NCBI GenBank assembly: GCA_003971905.1
Contig: RSEE01000003.1
Span: forward strand, 930,001 to 994,000
Length of the DNA: 64,000 nucleotides
Direction: 5' to 3'
From: Moniliella sp. 'wahieum'
Taxonomy: Eukaryota
In this document: positions 12,801-25,800 of the stretch, in pieces
Layout: the number at the start of each line of letters is the position of its first letter
How positions within the stretch are numbered: the first letter of the stretch is position 1
The notes under the pieces: model-generated
Told to the model about the DNA's origin: nothing
Database searches by the model: none
Seen by the model: only the letters and a program-made list of their open reading frames with translations
Translations under genes and position numbers: made by a program

Positions 12801-13810
12801 AACAAGCGCGCGTGTCCTTCCCCTTCCCCTCGTTGACTGTACCAACCAGTGCCCCCCGCTCTGCCCCTAGCGGACCAGGGACAAGGGATGAACGCCCAGC
12901 AACCTCGCCGCCTCCCCCCTCAGCGGGACCTACCCCCACGTGCGTGGCCCCTTCCCACTCTTGCCTCTGCTCCCTCCGCTCCCATTCTTCCCCCCGCTCG
13001 ATCGTTCCCGTCGCTCCGATTGTTGCTCCCTGCGCTACCTCCTCTCCCATCGCTCCCACTGCTCCTACTGCTCCTACCGCTCCCACCTCTGCTGTACCAT
13101 GTCTAGCACCGCTGCCCGTGGGCACATCGTCCCAAACCTAGGCACCTCTCAACGAAGCGCTGATCTAGTCCGAGCAACCAACGGGAGCCAGAAACGCCCG
13201 TCGCCCATACCGGACACTACTGCCTCCGGGCAAGAAACAACAAGCGCGGCGTGTCCTTCCTCTTCCCGTTCTTTGACTGTACCGGCCAGTGCGCCCCCTC
13301 TGCCTCTGGCGGGTCTGTGGTAAGAGACGAACGCGCCGGCACCCTCGCCGCCTGCCCCTCAGTGGGACCTACGCCCACGTGTGTGCCTCCTCTGCCGACA
13401 TCCTCAGTCCAACCCACGTCGCACAGCGTACCGCAGCACAGGCACACTGCGAGCCGAGGCTGGACGATGCAACGGTGCTGCGGGCACTGTTGCTAGCGTT
13501 GGGCTGGGACCCGAGCATGGATCCGTGGCCGTATGTGCCCGAGTTATGTGCTGGCCGGGGTGGAGGAAGAGAGGAGCGAGCTGGTTCCGCCAACTGTGCT
13601 ACCAGCCCGGTCGTCACCAAGGCCGTCGAGCCAACCTTCGCCTGTGCCGTCCGTGGTGGCTGTAGTGCCTACGGGGGTTACTGGGACTACCGAGAGACTG
13701 TGGCGACGGTAGCGAGTCCCGGGGCAACCGGGACAACACTCCGCGCCACTGAGCAAGGCCAGATGACGGTTGACCAGGCGCAGCACACTGTGGGTATGCT
13801 ACTTTTGTGA
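9847..13810 (+). CDS. Putative Rec114/Rec7-like meiotic double-strand-break protein (N-terminal PH-like domain, long repetitive linker, C-terminal helix)
   Basis: Ordered motifs GWDLLKF, ESLVVDVHW, EHVDLQLL, VVSLRY, RRTELHFGSPQDADQFLASIQ, then intron 10459-10614; C-terminal LDDATVLRALLLALGWDP...PELC..RVEEE. Recognised by eye only. Confidence 0.55.
11620..11685 (+). repeat. ~22-23-bp tandem repeat (AGACCGCAAACAGGCTGGGAAAC), ~2.5 copies
   Basis: agaccgcaaaacaggctgggaaacagaccgcaaacaggctgggaaacagaccgtgaaacagacc. Confidence 0.8.
12340..12610 (+). repeat. 18-bp/9-bp tandem repeat (CCGCTCCCACTGTTCCAA; CCGCTCCCA) encoding T-A-P-T-V-P repeats
   Basis: About four near-perfect 18-mers at 12347-12428, followed by degenerate 9-mers. 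Confidence 0.9.
12647..13385 (+). repeat. Intragenic direct duplication, ~300 bp alignable, offset ~439 bp (12647-12945 / 13086-13385)
   Basis: Both copies share agcaccgctgcccgtgggcacatcgtc, taggcacctctcaacgaagcgctgatctagtcc, ccggacactactgc and gggacctac.cccacgtg. Confidence 0.9.
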
Positions 13811-14992
13811 TTCTGCTGCGCTCAGCGATCGAGGGGGACTGGCGGCCGTTGGTAGGTATGGGGTGGGGGTACCGGGAACAGGTGCCGTGGATCTTATTGG
13901 ACGTGTTGGGAAGCGAGTTTGAGTACTTGGTACGTTGGTCCCTTGTGCCCCGATTGGTTCCCAAGCGCATGAGGACGGAGAGTGGGTGTGTGCGTGTGGT
14001 AACGAGGGCAGGGGTAACGCACTAACAAGGCATGTTTGAATGCTGTGCTTCTTTGTGGAGATGTAGGTCGAACGGTTTGCGGTTAGGTTGGCGCAGGCCA
14101 TCACCGAGGCTCACACCTAACGCAGAACCCCCTCCCCCGCCTTCTCTCTCTCGCCTTCCCGACCGCTGTCGGCGTACTAGGGCGGCAGGTGAAGAAGGGA
14201 GAGGGCGCCACGGCCCATCGCCAAGCTACTTTCCTATAGCACCCTTCCGCTTTGGAGGGCCGAGGCAGGCGATAGGATGCGGATTGGATCGACTCCCTAC
14301 TGTGTTGTACCAGGATTGGACTCTGTACTACAATCCCTCGAATGTTGAACGGGTTGAGAAAGCGTGAATGAGCCGTTTGCCGTGTTGGTGCCTGTGCCGG
14401 GTCGGGGTAGCGAGAGTAGACGAACGGAGTGGGAGCATGGGGAGAAACCCTGATGATCGATGGCATGATGACACCTCGAAACAAAGCAAGCAACGCCCAA
14501 CAACCCAACCTACCCTCTACGTTCCTGCCAATCCAGATTCTACGGCAGTGACTACAGATAACTAAAAGGGCTACTATACAGCTGCGACACGAAAGCTAGG
14601 TTTTCGGATTATACACACCACCTCGCGGACCCATGCCGCTATCATCTACCCAGCCAAGCGCTAAGGTACAGGCCCATACGATGTGTCCAGTGTAGAGAGC
14701 AGAAACCCATCTGGAACAGAAACGGACAGGCACAAAGAATGGGGGTGGAGACAAGGGGAGGAAGGTAGCGAGAAGCATGGGGGGCGAAGTGGGTGAAGGC
14801 GAAGAGGCGAAGGAGACGAAGAGACGAAGGAGAAGTTATAAGCGAAGTGAGGCAACGATTTGCGATGCATAGGGCAGGAGGAGAGTAAGGAAAGAGTGGA
14901 GGGTGTGAGGGGAGAAAAAAGAGTGAAGGGAAAGTGCATGGAGGGGGATTAAAAAGGGAAGGCAACAATGATGGTTGCTTGGTTGCTTCCCT

Positions 14993-17900
14993 TTAGCGGT
15001 TGGAGAAGCGGAGGTACTTGGTGCACAACATGCAGACAACAACGTTGAACACGATGAAGGCCGACTCGTCTGAAAGGGGGAGGCATAAGTCAGTGGCTGG
15101 TAGGTGGAGACAAGGAGTCAAAAAGGTAAGGGGGGTAGGGAAACGAAACGTACAGCCAAAGTATGCGGCACGGTTGCCGGCCGAGATGGTCAGGGGAATA
15201 AAGAACTCGTCGCCCACCTTGAGAGAACAGTATGGCAGTCCGAGGTGGCCAATGGTTTTCCAGGTACCCACCAACTTCTTTGATGTAGTTTCCCATCCAC
15301 ATGTCGCACGTCTGGTTGCTGGCGGCTGACACGGCAAATTCGCTCGCGCTGCAGTGGACAGGTTGGTTGTGGAACTGGTTCGAGATAAGCGAAGCAATGA
15401 GGAAGCTGTACAAACACAAAAAGGTCAGTCCCCAGCTCAATCCAAACCCCCACAAGAGCGCCAGGAAAAAACACGTACCGAATGGGATTAACATTGTAGA
15501 GGAACTTGGAGAAGATGCGGTTGGTCATCTGGGGCGGAGGCACCATGACACCGCAAGTGAGCGAGAGAATTAGAGTGAGGAAAGGCACAAAAGCTGAGCA
15601 ATGTACACCGAAGGGCAGAAGGAGGCAATCATGGCGCCCACAGTGACCGAGAAGGCTTCCGTCATAAGCGACATGACAAAGAAGAAGCCGGCACGGTTGC
15701 TGTTGGGGTCAAAGCCCACCATGTAGTAGAGAAGCAGGAAGAAGACCAGAGCGCAGGCAATGCCGTAGGGAATCTCCGAAATGAGTTGCGTGAGCGCAAA
15801 CACCGTCCCACTGAACGTCTTACTCTCTCTTCACGAATCCAGACGGAACGGTTGGTGATCCAGAAGGGCATGATTTGCGCAATGATAATGGCCGGAATGA
15901 CAGCAAGCATGAACAGAGCGAACACCATGTACTGCACCGCCTCGACCGTGTGCTTGAGGCGAAGCATAAGCAGACCAGTCAACAACGCAAACGCCATGTG
16001 CTGGATGATACGCGTGTACTGGTAACTGGGCTGGCGCCACGTCGAGCGCATGGTGCGCTGCAGAACAACCAGGAATTGGGTCTTGAACGAAGCCGCGTAC
16101 TCACGTGTCGCAACCGTCGGGGCAGGCTTGGCAGCGCCCTCAGCGTTGATCTCAGCAATTTGCCGCAGGTTGTCCTGGTAGAGGTCCGACTCCTTGTACC
16201 ACTCTGCCCAGTCCTTGGGGCCCATACGGGGCTGCGAACCAGCACCAATCGCGTCCAGCATAAACTCGGCCGGGTTGGCGTCGTGCGGGGCGGGAGCGCC
16301 ACGCTGAGCAAAGTAATCCAAAATGTCCTGGGCATCGTGACCAATGGGGCCGAAGTAGACCACCTGGCCACCGCGCTGCAACAGCAAAAGACGGTCAAAC
16401 TGCTCAAACAGCAGAGCCGAAGGTTGGTGGATCGTGCAGAGAATCGTCATACCGTTGTCGGCCAGCTTGCGCAAGAGACGGCAAATCGTGTAGGCCGACT
16501 GACCATCCAGACCCGAGGTAGGCTCATCCAAGAAGCACAGCATCGAAGGCTTAGCCGCCAACTCAACGCCAATCGTCACACGCTTGCGGTCACCAACACC
16601 AAGACCAAAGCCAGGGAAACCAATGATGGCATCGGCCAAGTCGTTGAGCTCAAGCATCTCGATAATGTCCTCGACGTATTGGTCCTTGGCTTCCTTGCTG
16701 ACATCCGACGATTGACGCAGGTACGCCGAAAACCGGAACGCCTCCCGAACACTGCACATGGGCTCGTGAATGTCTTGCTGCTCGGCGTACCCACACTGGC
16801 GCTGGAACGAAAGATCAATGGGCTTGCCCTCATCAACCGGTCGCCCTCAATCACACCAATAGTCTTCCGGTCGGCCAAAACATCCAGTAAAGTCGTCTTA
16901 CCCGCACCCGAAGAACCCATCAGGGCCGTCATGGTACCACTTGACAAATCCATCGACCGAATCCAGCAAAAGCCGGTGGCCACCCTTGACAGGCACCGTG
17001 TACTTGAGGTTGGACCAGGTAAAGGCTTGACCCTCCACATCCAGAACCAAGTCGTCCTGTTCCTCCTTGCTCTCCATACGGGCTTCCTTACGCGTCTTCA
17101 AGCGCTCGTCACGGGCCTTCTCGTCCTTCGAAGGGGGCTTGGTAACGGTCAACGCAGCAGCAAACGAACCTTGAGTTTGCACCTCCACGGCCAGACATCC
17201 CATTGCGACGAACCCAACCAAAAAGGCGAAAAGGATACCAATGTTGCGCCACATCTGCCCCTCCTTGTACTGGAACTGGGCAGTGAGGTAGGTCATGCCG
17301 TCCACGATCGGGTTGCCAGGAGCAGCACCCGCCACATTGCAGATTTGGTTGGACGTGAGCTGGTGGGGTAGCCACGGCCACTAGGGACCAAGGACGAGCC
17401 AGCGCAAGTGAATTTCTTACGGCGGAACTCATTGATCATCAGAGCGCTAAAGGCGTAGTACACGGCTGAGAGAAAGTAGAAAATGCAAGGTTAGTAGGTG
17501 AAAGTAAGACACGACGAGAGAAGGGAACGTACGGTTCAAGTAACTGATCCAGTAATTCCACCGTGGCATCTTGTTCTGGGGCATCACATATCCAGCCCAA
17601 AGGACGAGCATGGAGATGATGACAGCTGCCAGACGGGCGGCACCGAAGAAGTTACGGCTCACAACCCCAAAGAAGGAGAAGAGAGCGCGGAATGCGTAGT
17701 AACTGACAACAACTGTCAACCACGCCGTCCAGAAAGCCGCAGCATTCAAACCTAGAATCAGACCAAAAACGTCAGTAGATGGTCGACACAAAAAGCAAAA
17801 CAGAGAAAAGACGTACGAAGACCAGCCATGAAGTAGATGATGATGATGAAGCGTCACACGCGGGATACCAAATGGCATGTCTGCACACAGACCGCCACGA

Positions 17901-19696
17901 ACGAAGCCGACGGACGGTAAAACGCAAAGGAAGTTTGACGAGCCAGGATTGGACGACCGAGCATTTGGACCGGAAGTTCCGAAAACGAAGTGAGAGAGTT
18001 GAACAGAAGCATCATGAACAGTGCACCGCCACGCGTGAAGATGCCCGAAGTGAGGTCCGGTTGCTTGAAGAACATACCACCGGCAATGAGAGCAATGATG
18101 GTCGAGGTAACGTACGACATGAAGATATCAAACGGATCACCGAGCTGCATCTGCATCTGACGAACAAAGATGGCATGCACTTGCAGCGGGTAAGAGACGA
18201 CATACTTAGACCGGGACGAGACACCGTGGTGCTTCTGATCCTTGACAGCAGCGCGAACTCGTCCTGGTTGACCTTGAGCTCAGCCTGAACCTGAGCATCA
18301 TAGTCATCCCGATCAGACAGGGTACGCTTGTAGATGTCGCTAGCTTCGAAAGCAGCCTCCATCGCCTCGGGCGTAGTGGGCACAGTGGCCGGGTCGACGC
18401 CCTTAGCAAAGGCGCGGGTCTGGGGGTCCGTGCAGGACGTGATCCAGTCGGCCGAAGTGGACCGCGGGCGGTCGAGGAAGCCCATGTTGACAAAGTACTG
18501 CCGGGCCTCGTCACGTGGGCCATAGTACATGCAACGGCCCTCGTCAATGACAAGCACCTTGTCACACTGGTTGAAGATGCCCTCGGAAGCCTGGTACACC
18601 GTTACAAACGACGTGGTTTGAGTCATGTCGGTCAAGATACGAATCGACTTGGCGTAGTCCAACGCCGTCGAAGCGTCGAGACCACGGGTGGAGTTGTCCC
18701 AAGCCATGACAGAGGCGCCGGCCGTCAACACCTCCAGAATCGACACACGCTTCCTCACCACCCGACACACCGCGGACAGTGGCAGAACCGACAAGGGTAT
18801 CCTTCGGTGCGAATGTTGACCATCTTGAGGAGCGTGTCGCGCATCATGGCGCGGAACTCAGCGCCTTGGTGTACCCAGGCAGGGGGGTGCGGTGGCTCTT
18901 GAGGCGCAGCGCAAAGTCAAGCGTGCGGCCGACAGTAAGGGTGGCAAGATGGTTGTCATCCTCCTCCGAGTACAGGACTTCACCTTGGTAGCGCTTGCCC
19001 ATTTCCTTGGCGGGAATGCACCATAGGAAACCTCACCGTCCACGGCAATAAAGCCTTCCCGACGGTTGGCAATCGACTGAAGGAATGTGGAGCAGCCAGC
19101 ACCGGGGCGACCAATGACAAGCACATCTCACCCGGCCGGGCACAGCCTTGGAAGTTCTGGAGAATGAAACGCTCCTTGGGAGCAAAAGGGTCGTAGCCAA
19201 ACCTTGCAGAGGTCGACAACGGGGCCAATAACCTCAAACAGAGCCATCGAAGGGATGGTGGGCACGTTCATGTCGGTACTGCTCGGAGCGCGGACAGCAA
19301 GATCATGCCAGCTGACACCAAGCGACTTGCGCTTCCACCCGACCGACTCGGCCTCGGGCTGGACGGTGCCGAGAAACTCGCGGAGGTCGAAGGGGACATA
19401 CTCGTCCGCATCGGCAGAGCCCCCCGCCGCCTTCTCCACATCGGTCGCCTTGACATTCTTCTCGCTCTCCTCGAGGGCGGTGGCATTACTGGAGCGACGA
19501 GTGCGGGTGGTGCGGCCGCCGGCCGAGGTGACGCGGGCAAGCTCGGCCTTGGCGGCGTCAACGTCGACATGTGTTCGTCGACGGGGGCGTTGTGGTCAAC
19601 GTAGGGGTGGGTGTGGCCATAGTCGCGGTCGCGGGCGGCGGCGTTGACCGACTCGGCGTGAATGCGCGACGAGACGGGCGCGAGATCGACACCCAT
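14993..19696 (-). CDS. Full-size pleiotropic drug resistance ABCG transporter (Snq2/Pdr5/Afr1-like), NBD-TMD-NBD-TMD
   Basis: Walker A1 [31 protein letters not shown], Walker A2 [57 protein letters not shown]; ends KYLRFSNR*. Introns near 17465-17532 and 17752-17815. Confidence 0.95.
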
Positions 19697-19793
19697 CGTG
19701 GCGGGTTGGGGCGGGGAGGGGCAAGGAGAGGCGGGGTGGGACGACGGGGGGGAAGGGGATCGGCGAGGGCCGGAGTGCGGGCGAGGGCGTGGG

Positions 19794-19800
19794 CTATATA
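19794..19800 (-). promoter_or_regulatory. TATA-like box of the ABC transporter
   Basis: TATATAG on the minus strand ~100 bp upstream of the ATG at 19696, in otherwise very GC-rich DNA. Confidence 0.55.
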
Positions 19801-21039
19801 CGGGAGCGGGCCGCCCGCAGAAGCGCGCATTCGGCAGCCAAAACACCCGCCGGGGCGTTGTGCTGCGGGCTGCGCTGTGCTGCGCTGTGCTGCCCGTGCT
19901 GCACGACGCGGCCGCGCCATGGACCGCCCGGGGCGACCCGCGCGCATCGGCTGCACAACACCTGCGCCCCCGTGCGGGCCCGGTCACGCGTCAGGCAGCC
20001 CGTGTGCCTCTGCGCTGCCACACCGCCGCCACAGCGCCCCGCCGCCGCCCCCGCGCAGCCGTCCGATTCGGTTGGGCAGCTGGCTGCCTCCATGCCGCCC
20101 GCCGACACCTGCCCCGTGGCGTGAAACCAACACGCAGCAGCTTCTACGTTCCACGCCTCTCACGCGTCCCCTGCACGTCACACGCTGCTCTGCAACGCTG
20201 CCTCTGCGCCTCCCCCGCCCGCGGGCATCCGCGGCCCGCCAATCCCGCGGCGCTGCGGATGCATTGCTTGGCACTGCCCCACTGCCCCGCAGGTTTTTTT
20301 CTCGCTGGCTCACGCTCCTCCCCGCTGAGCAGCACCCATTCAGTTCATATCTTCTTGCACCCGCCATACTCACTCAGTACTCAGTAGCAGTGCTCTGTGT
20401 ACTCGCCCTCCTCGCGCGTCACGCTTCCGCCTTCCGCTCGGCCTCACGCGCCTCACTGGCTCACTATCACTAGTCTCTCCTCTCCGCTCAGACGGAGCCC
20501 CTTTTCACCCCGACTCACGCGTCAGACCCGCACACGCCGCCTAATTTCAAACCTTACAATTGTCGCCCTCCCGCGCGCTGTCCTGCCTCTCGTGCCCCCC
20601 CTACGGCCGGGGAGTAGGTTGCCGAGTGTGGTGTGGCAGGGTGTGGCAAAAGCTCCCAAGTTGCTGTGGCCTGCCATGCCGCCTCTGCGGCCCCATCTGT
20701 TCCCCCTTTTCCAGGCACTCTTCAGACGGTAGTATCACGGCAGTCGCAATCGCAATCGACACATCACCGCCGTTGCGCATGGCCCTATCGGTCCACCATG
20801 CCGCAGCGGGCGGTTTGGCTGCTCCGTGGCACGGCAAACCGCTCTGAATCGGACGAGGCAACGAGGAACAGCCTGGAGCAGCGAGTACTACGCAGGGCAA
20901 AACCAAAAACAAAACCGAACCAACCAAGGCTCGTCCCGCTTCTTCGTGTTCTCCAAGCTTCAAGCTTCACGAGTCACTCTCACTAGGTTTTCGCCAACAG
21001 CAGGAAGAGTGCGTGGTGAGTAATTGAGTACCCAAATGA

Positions 21040-22830
21040 GTCGACCGAGTTCGATGACTCGATAAGGCCTAAGGCCTAAGGCCGAAAGGGGAACGGGGAA
21101 GCTTGGGAGTGTGACATGTGACATGTGACGCCACACTGGTGTAGTGGCGCCGATAGTCCCAGCGGGAACCTTCTTCCAGTTCATTCCTTGCATTCCTCGC
21201 AAGATTCCTTCCTGGAGGGCAGAAATATTCTCTAGCCTCTGGAGCTCCTGCATCACGTGCCATGCAATACACCATCAAGTGCCTGCTCCCTGGTCCTCTA
21301 CAGGGAGCTGGCGGCTACCTCTGCTTGCACCTGAGGACATCCTTAGAGGAAACCATGCAGGCGCTGTGCAAGCACACCTTATCACATGTTTACACCCCAA
21401 AGCCTGAGATCGTTACGTCGTTAGTTACCAAGTTACTGAACGAGTTCCGGTTGCCGGTTGCTGGTTACACGTTACGTGATACGGTTACAGGTTGCAGGTG
21501 GCCTGTGAGGCCACCGGTGACATGGTGACAGTACCCAGCCACTGGCTTCTTACCTAGTTGCAGTCACCGGTCACTAGCTAGTCAAGCTTCAAGCTTTCAA
21601 GCTTTTCAAGTTCCTACGTGGTTTGAAACCTCCGGAAGTTGCCGTTTAAATTTTAGCGTTTAGCGGTTTAACGAATTTAACGTTTACTAGGTTTAACGTT
21701 GAACGTTGAACGTTGAACGCTGAAACGTTGAACGTTGAACAAATGTGCGTGAGTGGTGATCGATGGATCGATGATCGGTACCGGTAATTGCCTCATGCAT
21801 CATGCATCATGCATCATGCATCATGGCCTCGTTCCGCATCCTGATCGAACGATCACCGATGATCGGCCCAATACTGAGGTTCCGTAGATGTCGGCCTGGG
21901 GGCCGGGGCAGCCTTGAAGCTTGAAGCTTGAAGCGCTTGAAGCTTGAGCTTGAAGCTAGCTTGCAGCTTGAGCATGAGTTGGGGCGGGCCTGGACGGCGT
22001 GTGTACTAGAAAGGGCAGGGACTAGGGACTAGGGAAGGATCTGATATTCTTTCTGAAAGGAGTGCTGCGCACTGCACAGCTCGAACGCCACCTTCGCTGT
22101 TCCCTCGTCAAATTTCAAATTAAAAGCGGATGCATATGTCGCATTCCCATCACATGTCGCACGTCACGCGTCGCACGTCACATGCACGTGTCACATGCAC
22201 CCTGCCACCGCGTCCTGCGTCACGCGTCACGCGTCAGTACTCACTGAGTACTTCGTACTTCGTATTCAATGTGGCTTTCGCGTGTCGCATGTCACATGTC
22301 ACCGATCTCATCACGGACATCACATACAAGCGCCACCTTGGCAAGCTTGAAGCTTGAAACTTGAAGCTTGAAGCTTGAAGCTTGAAGCGCGCGGCTGCGG
22401 CCACGCGGCCACGGGCCGTTCGCTGAGGGGCCGAGTCATCAAGCTCATCAAGCATGCCGATCTCGATGACCATCATGTCGATGACCACGATCATCTACTT
22501 CCTTGCTTCTACCCCCCCTTTTTGCCTGGCGTTCTTCCAGTCTCCGGCCACGCCGCGGAGGAGCGAACGCCAGACGCGACGGCAGAAGGCGCTCCCCAGG
22601 TCACAGGAACCGTGAGCATGCGCGTGAGGCAGCAGTGGCCAGGATTGCCTGAAGATCCATGAGCGAGCGCTGAGCATACCTGAGAGGCCTGAGGACCTGA
22701 GGCCGGCCTGAGGCCTGACCCGTGCTTTTGAAGCTTGAAGCTTAAGACTTGAGAACTTGAGCGCCCAGTGCCCAGTGAGGGCCTGAGCTGAGCCGCTTTA
22801 GCTGAGCGCTGACGCTCACCCTTCGGTCGT
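21040..22830. repeat. Mosaic of period-7 palindromic micro-arrays
   Basis: (AAGGCCT)n 21064-21083; (ACATGTG)n 21111-21129; (AACGTTG)n 21695-21740; (CATGCAT)4 21794-21825; (AAGCTTG)n 21914-21960 and 22343-22388; (CACGCGT)n then AGTACT 22221-22252; AGGCCTG/AGCGCTG 22680-22812. Confidence 0.9.
21130..21301 (-). pseudogene. Coding relic of unknown family, copy A (inverted homolog of 26390-26548)
   Basis: Minus-strand translation CIAWHVMQELQRLENISALQEGIL...YRRHYTSVA; nucleotide homology to copy B. Confidence 0.6.
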
Positions 22831-22849
22831 ATCGGCTGTACTAGCAGCA

Positions 22850-25800
22850 CTTCCTCTCAGGGGGTACCGATTAGTATAACAGGGCTATTAGCAGGGTTAG
22901 CATCTTACCAGCCGATGGCGAGATAAGCCCCTTGCAGTCGCCAATGGCACTGGCGTTGGGGTTACCGGTTACATGCATTACATGATCGCCATAGGTTCAC
23001 CTTTCATCACAAGGCAATAACCAGAACGTTGGACTGGTCTGTCTGGTCGAAGCCGGACCAGACAAAGAAGGCAACAGAGACGTGCTTGCCCTCTGTCTCA
23101 TTGTTTGTTGTTCTCACCACACCACAGCGTCTACTGTGGTGCATCAGCCAGAAGGTTGGCCATGATGCATGATCCATCATCGACATAATCATCGCCTACT
23201 GTACCAGGCGCCACAATCAACGTCAACCTGCAAAACACACGACGAATAAGTAACCCAGGGTGACGGAAGAGCGAAGGCGGTCCATACTCGGGAGTGGGGT
23301 CTGTGCTTCTGATGAGAGCCCGATCTCGTACCCCTCTTTGGTCACCCGGTCGGTGTCCGCTCGAAGATCTGAGATTGGAGATCCTTGGGGACGGACATAT
23401 AAACTAAAAGGGATAGGAAACGAGGTGTTGAGAACCCGGATTACTTGTTACTAGCGACGGGTCACACGCACATATCCACCAGCTGCGGTATGACCCTGTT
23501 CTAAAGATCTTCCTTGACCCTTTTGTGTCTCCTTCCCTCATCGCGCGTCGTTACCGTGTGGTTGCATCTCCTTTGCCTCTGGTATATAAGGCACCATTCC
23601 ATATGCAGCCTGCATGAATACCATGTGGGCATCCAAGGCAATCCCCTCCTGAACGGAGCTTATTCCCCACGAATTTCTCGCCGTGTGCACTCTGTAGGGA
23701 CCACGGACAAAAACGGGGGTGGGCGAGCCTGCCCGTCAGCCTGTAAGCACGCTTTGTCTCTCTCGCGTGCTATATGTTGTGTCCACGACGGTCTGAACGA
23801 TGAACTATACTCGTGTATTAATACTCTGTTGCGTAATGATGCGTCGAAAACGAAGGATCGCACCGTCGATTATGTGTGGTGCACAATGTAGGCGGGATCT
23901 GTTCGTACGGCTTAGGGCATATCCATGTGTTTTTGCTTTCTTTAAATCCTGCCTGTATCCTGCTTTGAATTGCTTTGAAGTTGGACTTGTACCCAAAAAG
24001 ATGTCTCGGTCGGAGGTGAACTTCCTAACCGATGCATCTCATTTTCCCTGTGGGTTCTTTCATGTGTATTTATCGTTTCCTGCGTGGCTCAGAGCGGAGA
24101 GCACCTGCCATTATTCTTTAGGCTTTCCTCTGACTTTCTTGTTCCGGTAGTGGTGGTATGTAGGGAAGAGTTCCTTTTTCCTCTTTTGGTGTTCGCTATT
24201 CCTGAATTGCTGAGAGGCCTGCGGAGGTGTCATCGTGTGCCCTATTACCTCCTTTCTTGGGTTGTCTATTTTGTTTTTTATCCTGCCCCTGCGTATTGTC
24301 CCTGTTACAGGACGCTCCGGTTTTCTCCGGACGCTGAGTCCCGCATGTCGTAGACATCTCAGCCCAACGCATCAGTCCTATTGGACTAGCGAGAGAGAGC
24401 CACACGACACCTTATCGATTATCCATGCTGCCGATATCGTCCGCGGCCCGCCATGGTCGCATGGGCTCATCGGTACGATGCTTTGTGCCCATTGTGCACA
24501 TTACACCAGTCTTGGCAGGACCCTTCTTGCTGCGCCCGACTACGCAGCGTCAGAGCCTTTGAGAGCATGGGCTGTGCATTAGTCTTTGCCTCTCTGGAAA
24601 GGGCCCCGCATCCTGTTTATATACCTGTCACGAGGCACTTGGGCCTGGTTTTTCTGTTGTAGAAAAGCAGCCATGTCGAAGGCTTGATAGCTGTGGTCCT
24701 GGTCGAGTCTTTGGTCTCCCCGACTACCTCTCGCCCTTCCACCTTCTACAACCCTTACGCTTCCAAATTTACGACTTACGTTGAGTACGCTGCAAGCTGC
24801 GGTTGCTCTCATCAGTAGCGCTTGCTCTTTTTTGGACTCTGTCTGTTTTCGCCTACTACAGTATAGCGTACTGAGTGTGGTGACGCTGCGAGGAACAGAG
24901 TAACTTCGGAGTTCCTGGACCCCTTCAACCGGTCTGACAACTTACGTACGCGGCTGAAACCTCGGAGGGTCTGAGCTGCGGCCTTTGCACGCAGCTACCC
25001 AAACTATAGGGTCTCTCCCTCGCCTCTATATACCCGCTCGGTTAAACCAGGATCTGAAGCAGGACCTAACGAACGAGATGCCGATTGGCTGTTCAAGGGT
25101 TTGTACGTTATACCCCTAAACTACAGGGGGGAGTCCCACCTCGGGAACCTCTCCATGACAGTCCTCTTCTTGGCCCGTAGTGCTCTTTCCTCTGCCGAAC
25201 GGGTCATTTTGTCGACACTTTTGGGTAAAAGATGAGTGTCCTTCCTTCGTCAGTCAGAAAAGCTACAGCCTTTTGAGACCCACAGGCACCGCCCCGTTCC
25301 TCTTCGTCCTTTATCCTGTATACCTTAGCTGTGTACCAGACCACATGTTCCAGTACCGACACAGCTCTCGTTGATCTTCGGCAGTTTTCTCTGCTGGTCT
25401 GCACATCCCCGTTTCCGTCAAAGTCCACAGTATCTACGATCCTCTCGGTACGGACCCTCTACCATAATCCTATGCAAGAGTTGAGTTGATCCGATGTCCT
25501 GCCAGGGGTGTGACCCTCTCTTCTCATGCCTGCCTACCTTGAAGTCAACCTTATAGGGAGTACTGAGATATATATATACTACACGCTAATAGTAATCACC
25601 TTCTTGCTTGACCGGGCGCATACAAAGCTAATACGTTTTGTCACCCTAAGCGGCGCCCCCGCCTCAAGTGGGCATATCCTCGTTTCCAGCTCTGTTCCGA
25701 TCCGACAATCCCGTTCTGGCTCAATAACCCGCATGAGTGGCCTTCCCTCATACTATTTGTATGGTTGGGCCTCATCCGTGGGTTCGCCCGTGACAGTGGG

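Noticed and set aside
15875..17371. 498-aa plus-strand ORF and many other long antisense ORFs
   Set aside because: Shadow ORFs of real genes caused by high GC and codon bias; no recognisable motifs.
22880..22900. AGGGTTAG as an interstitial telomere seed
   Set aside because: A single partial unit, expected by chance.
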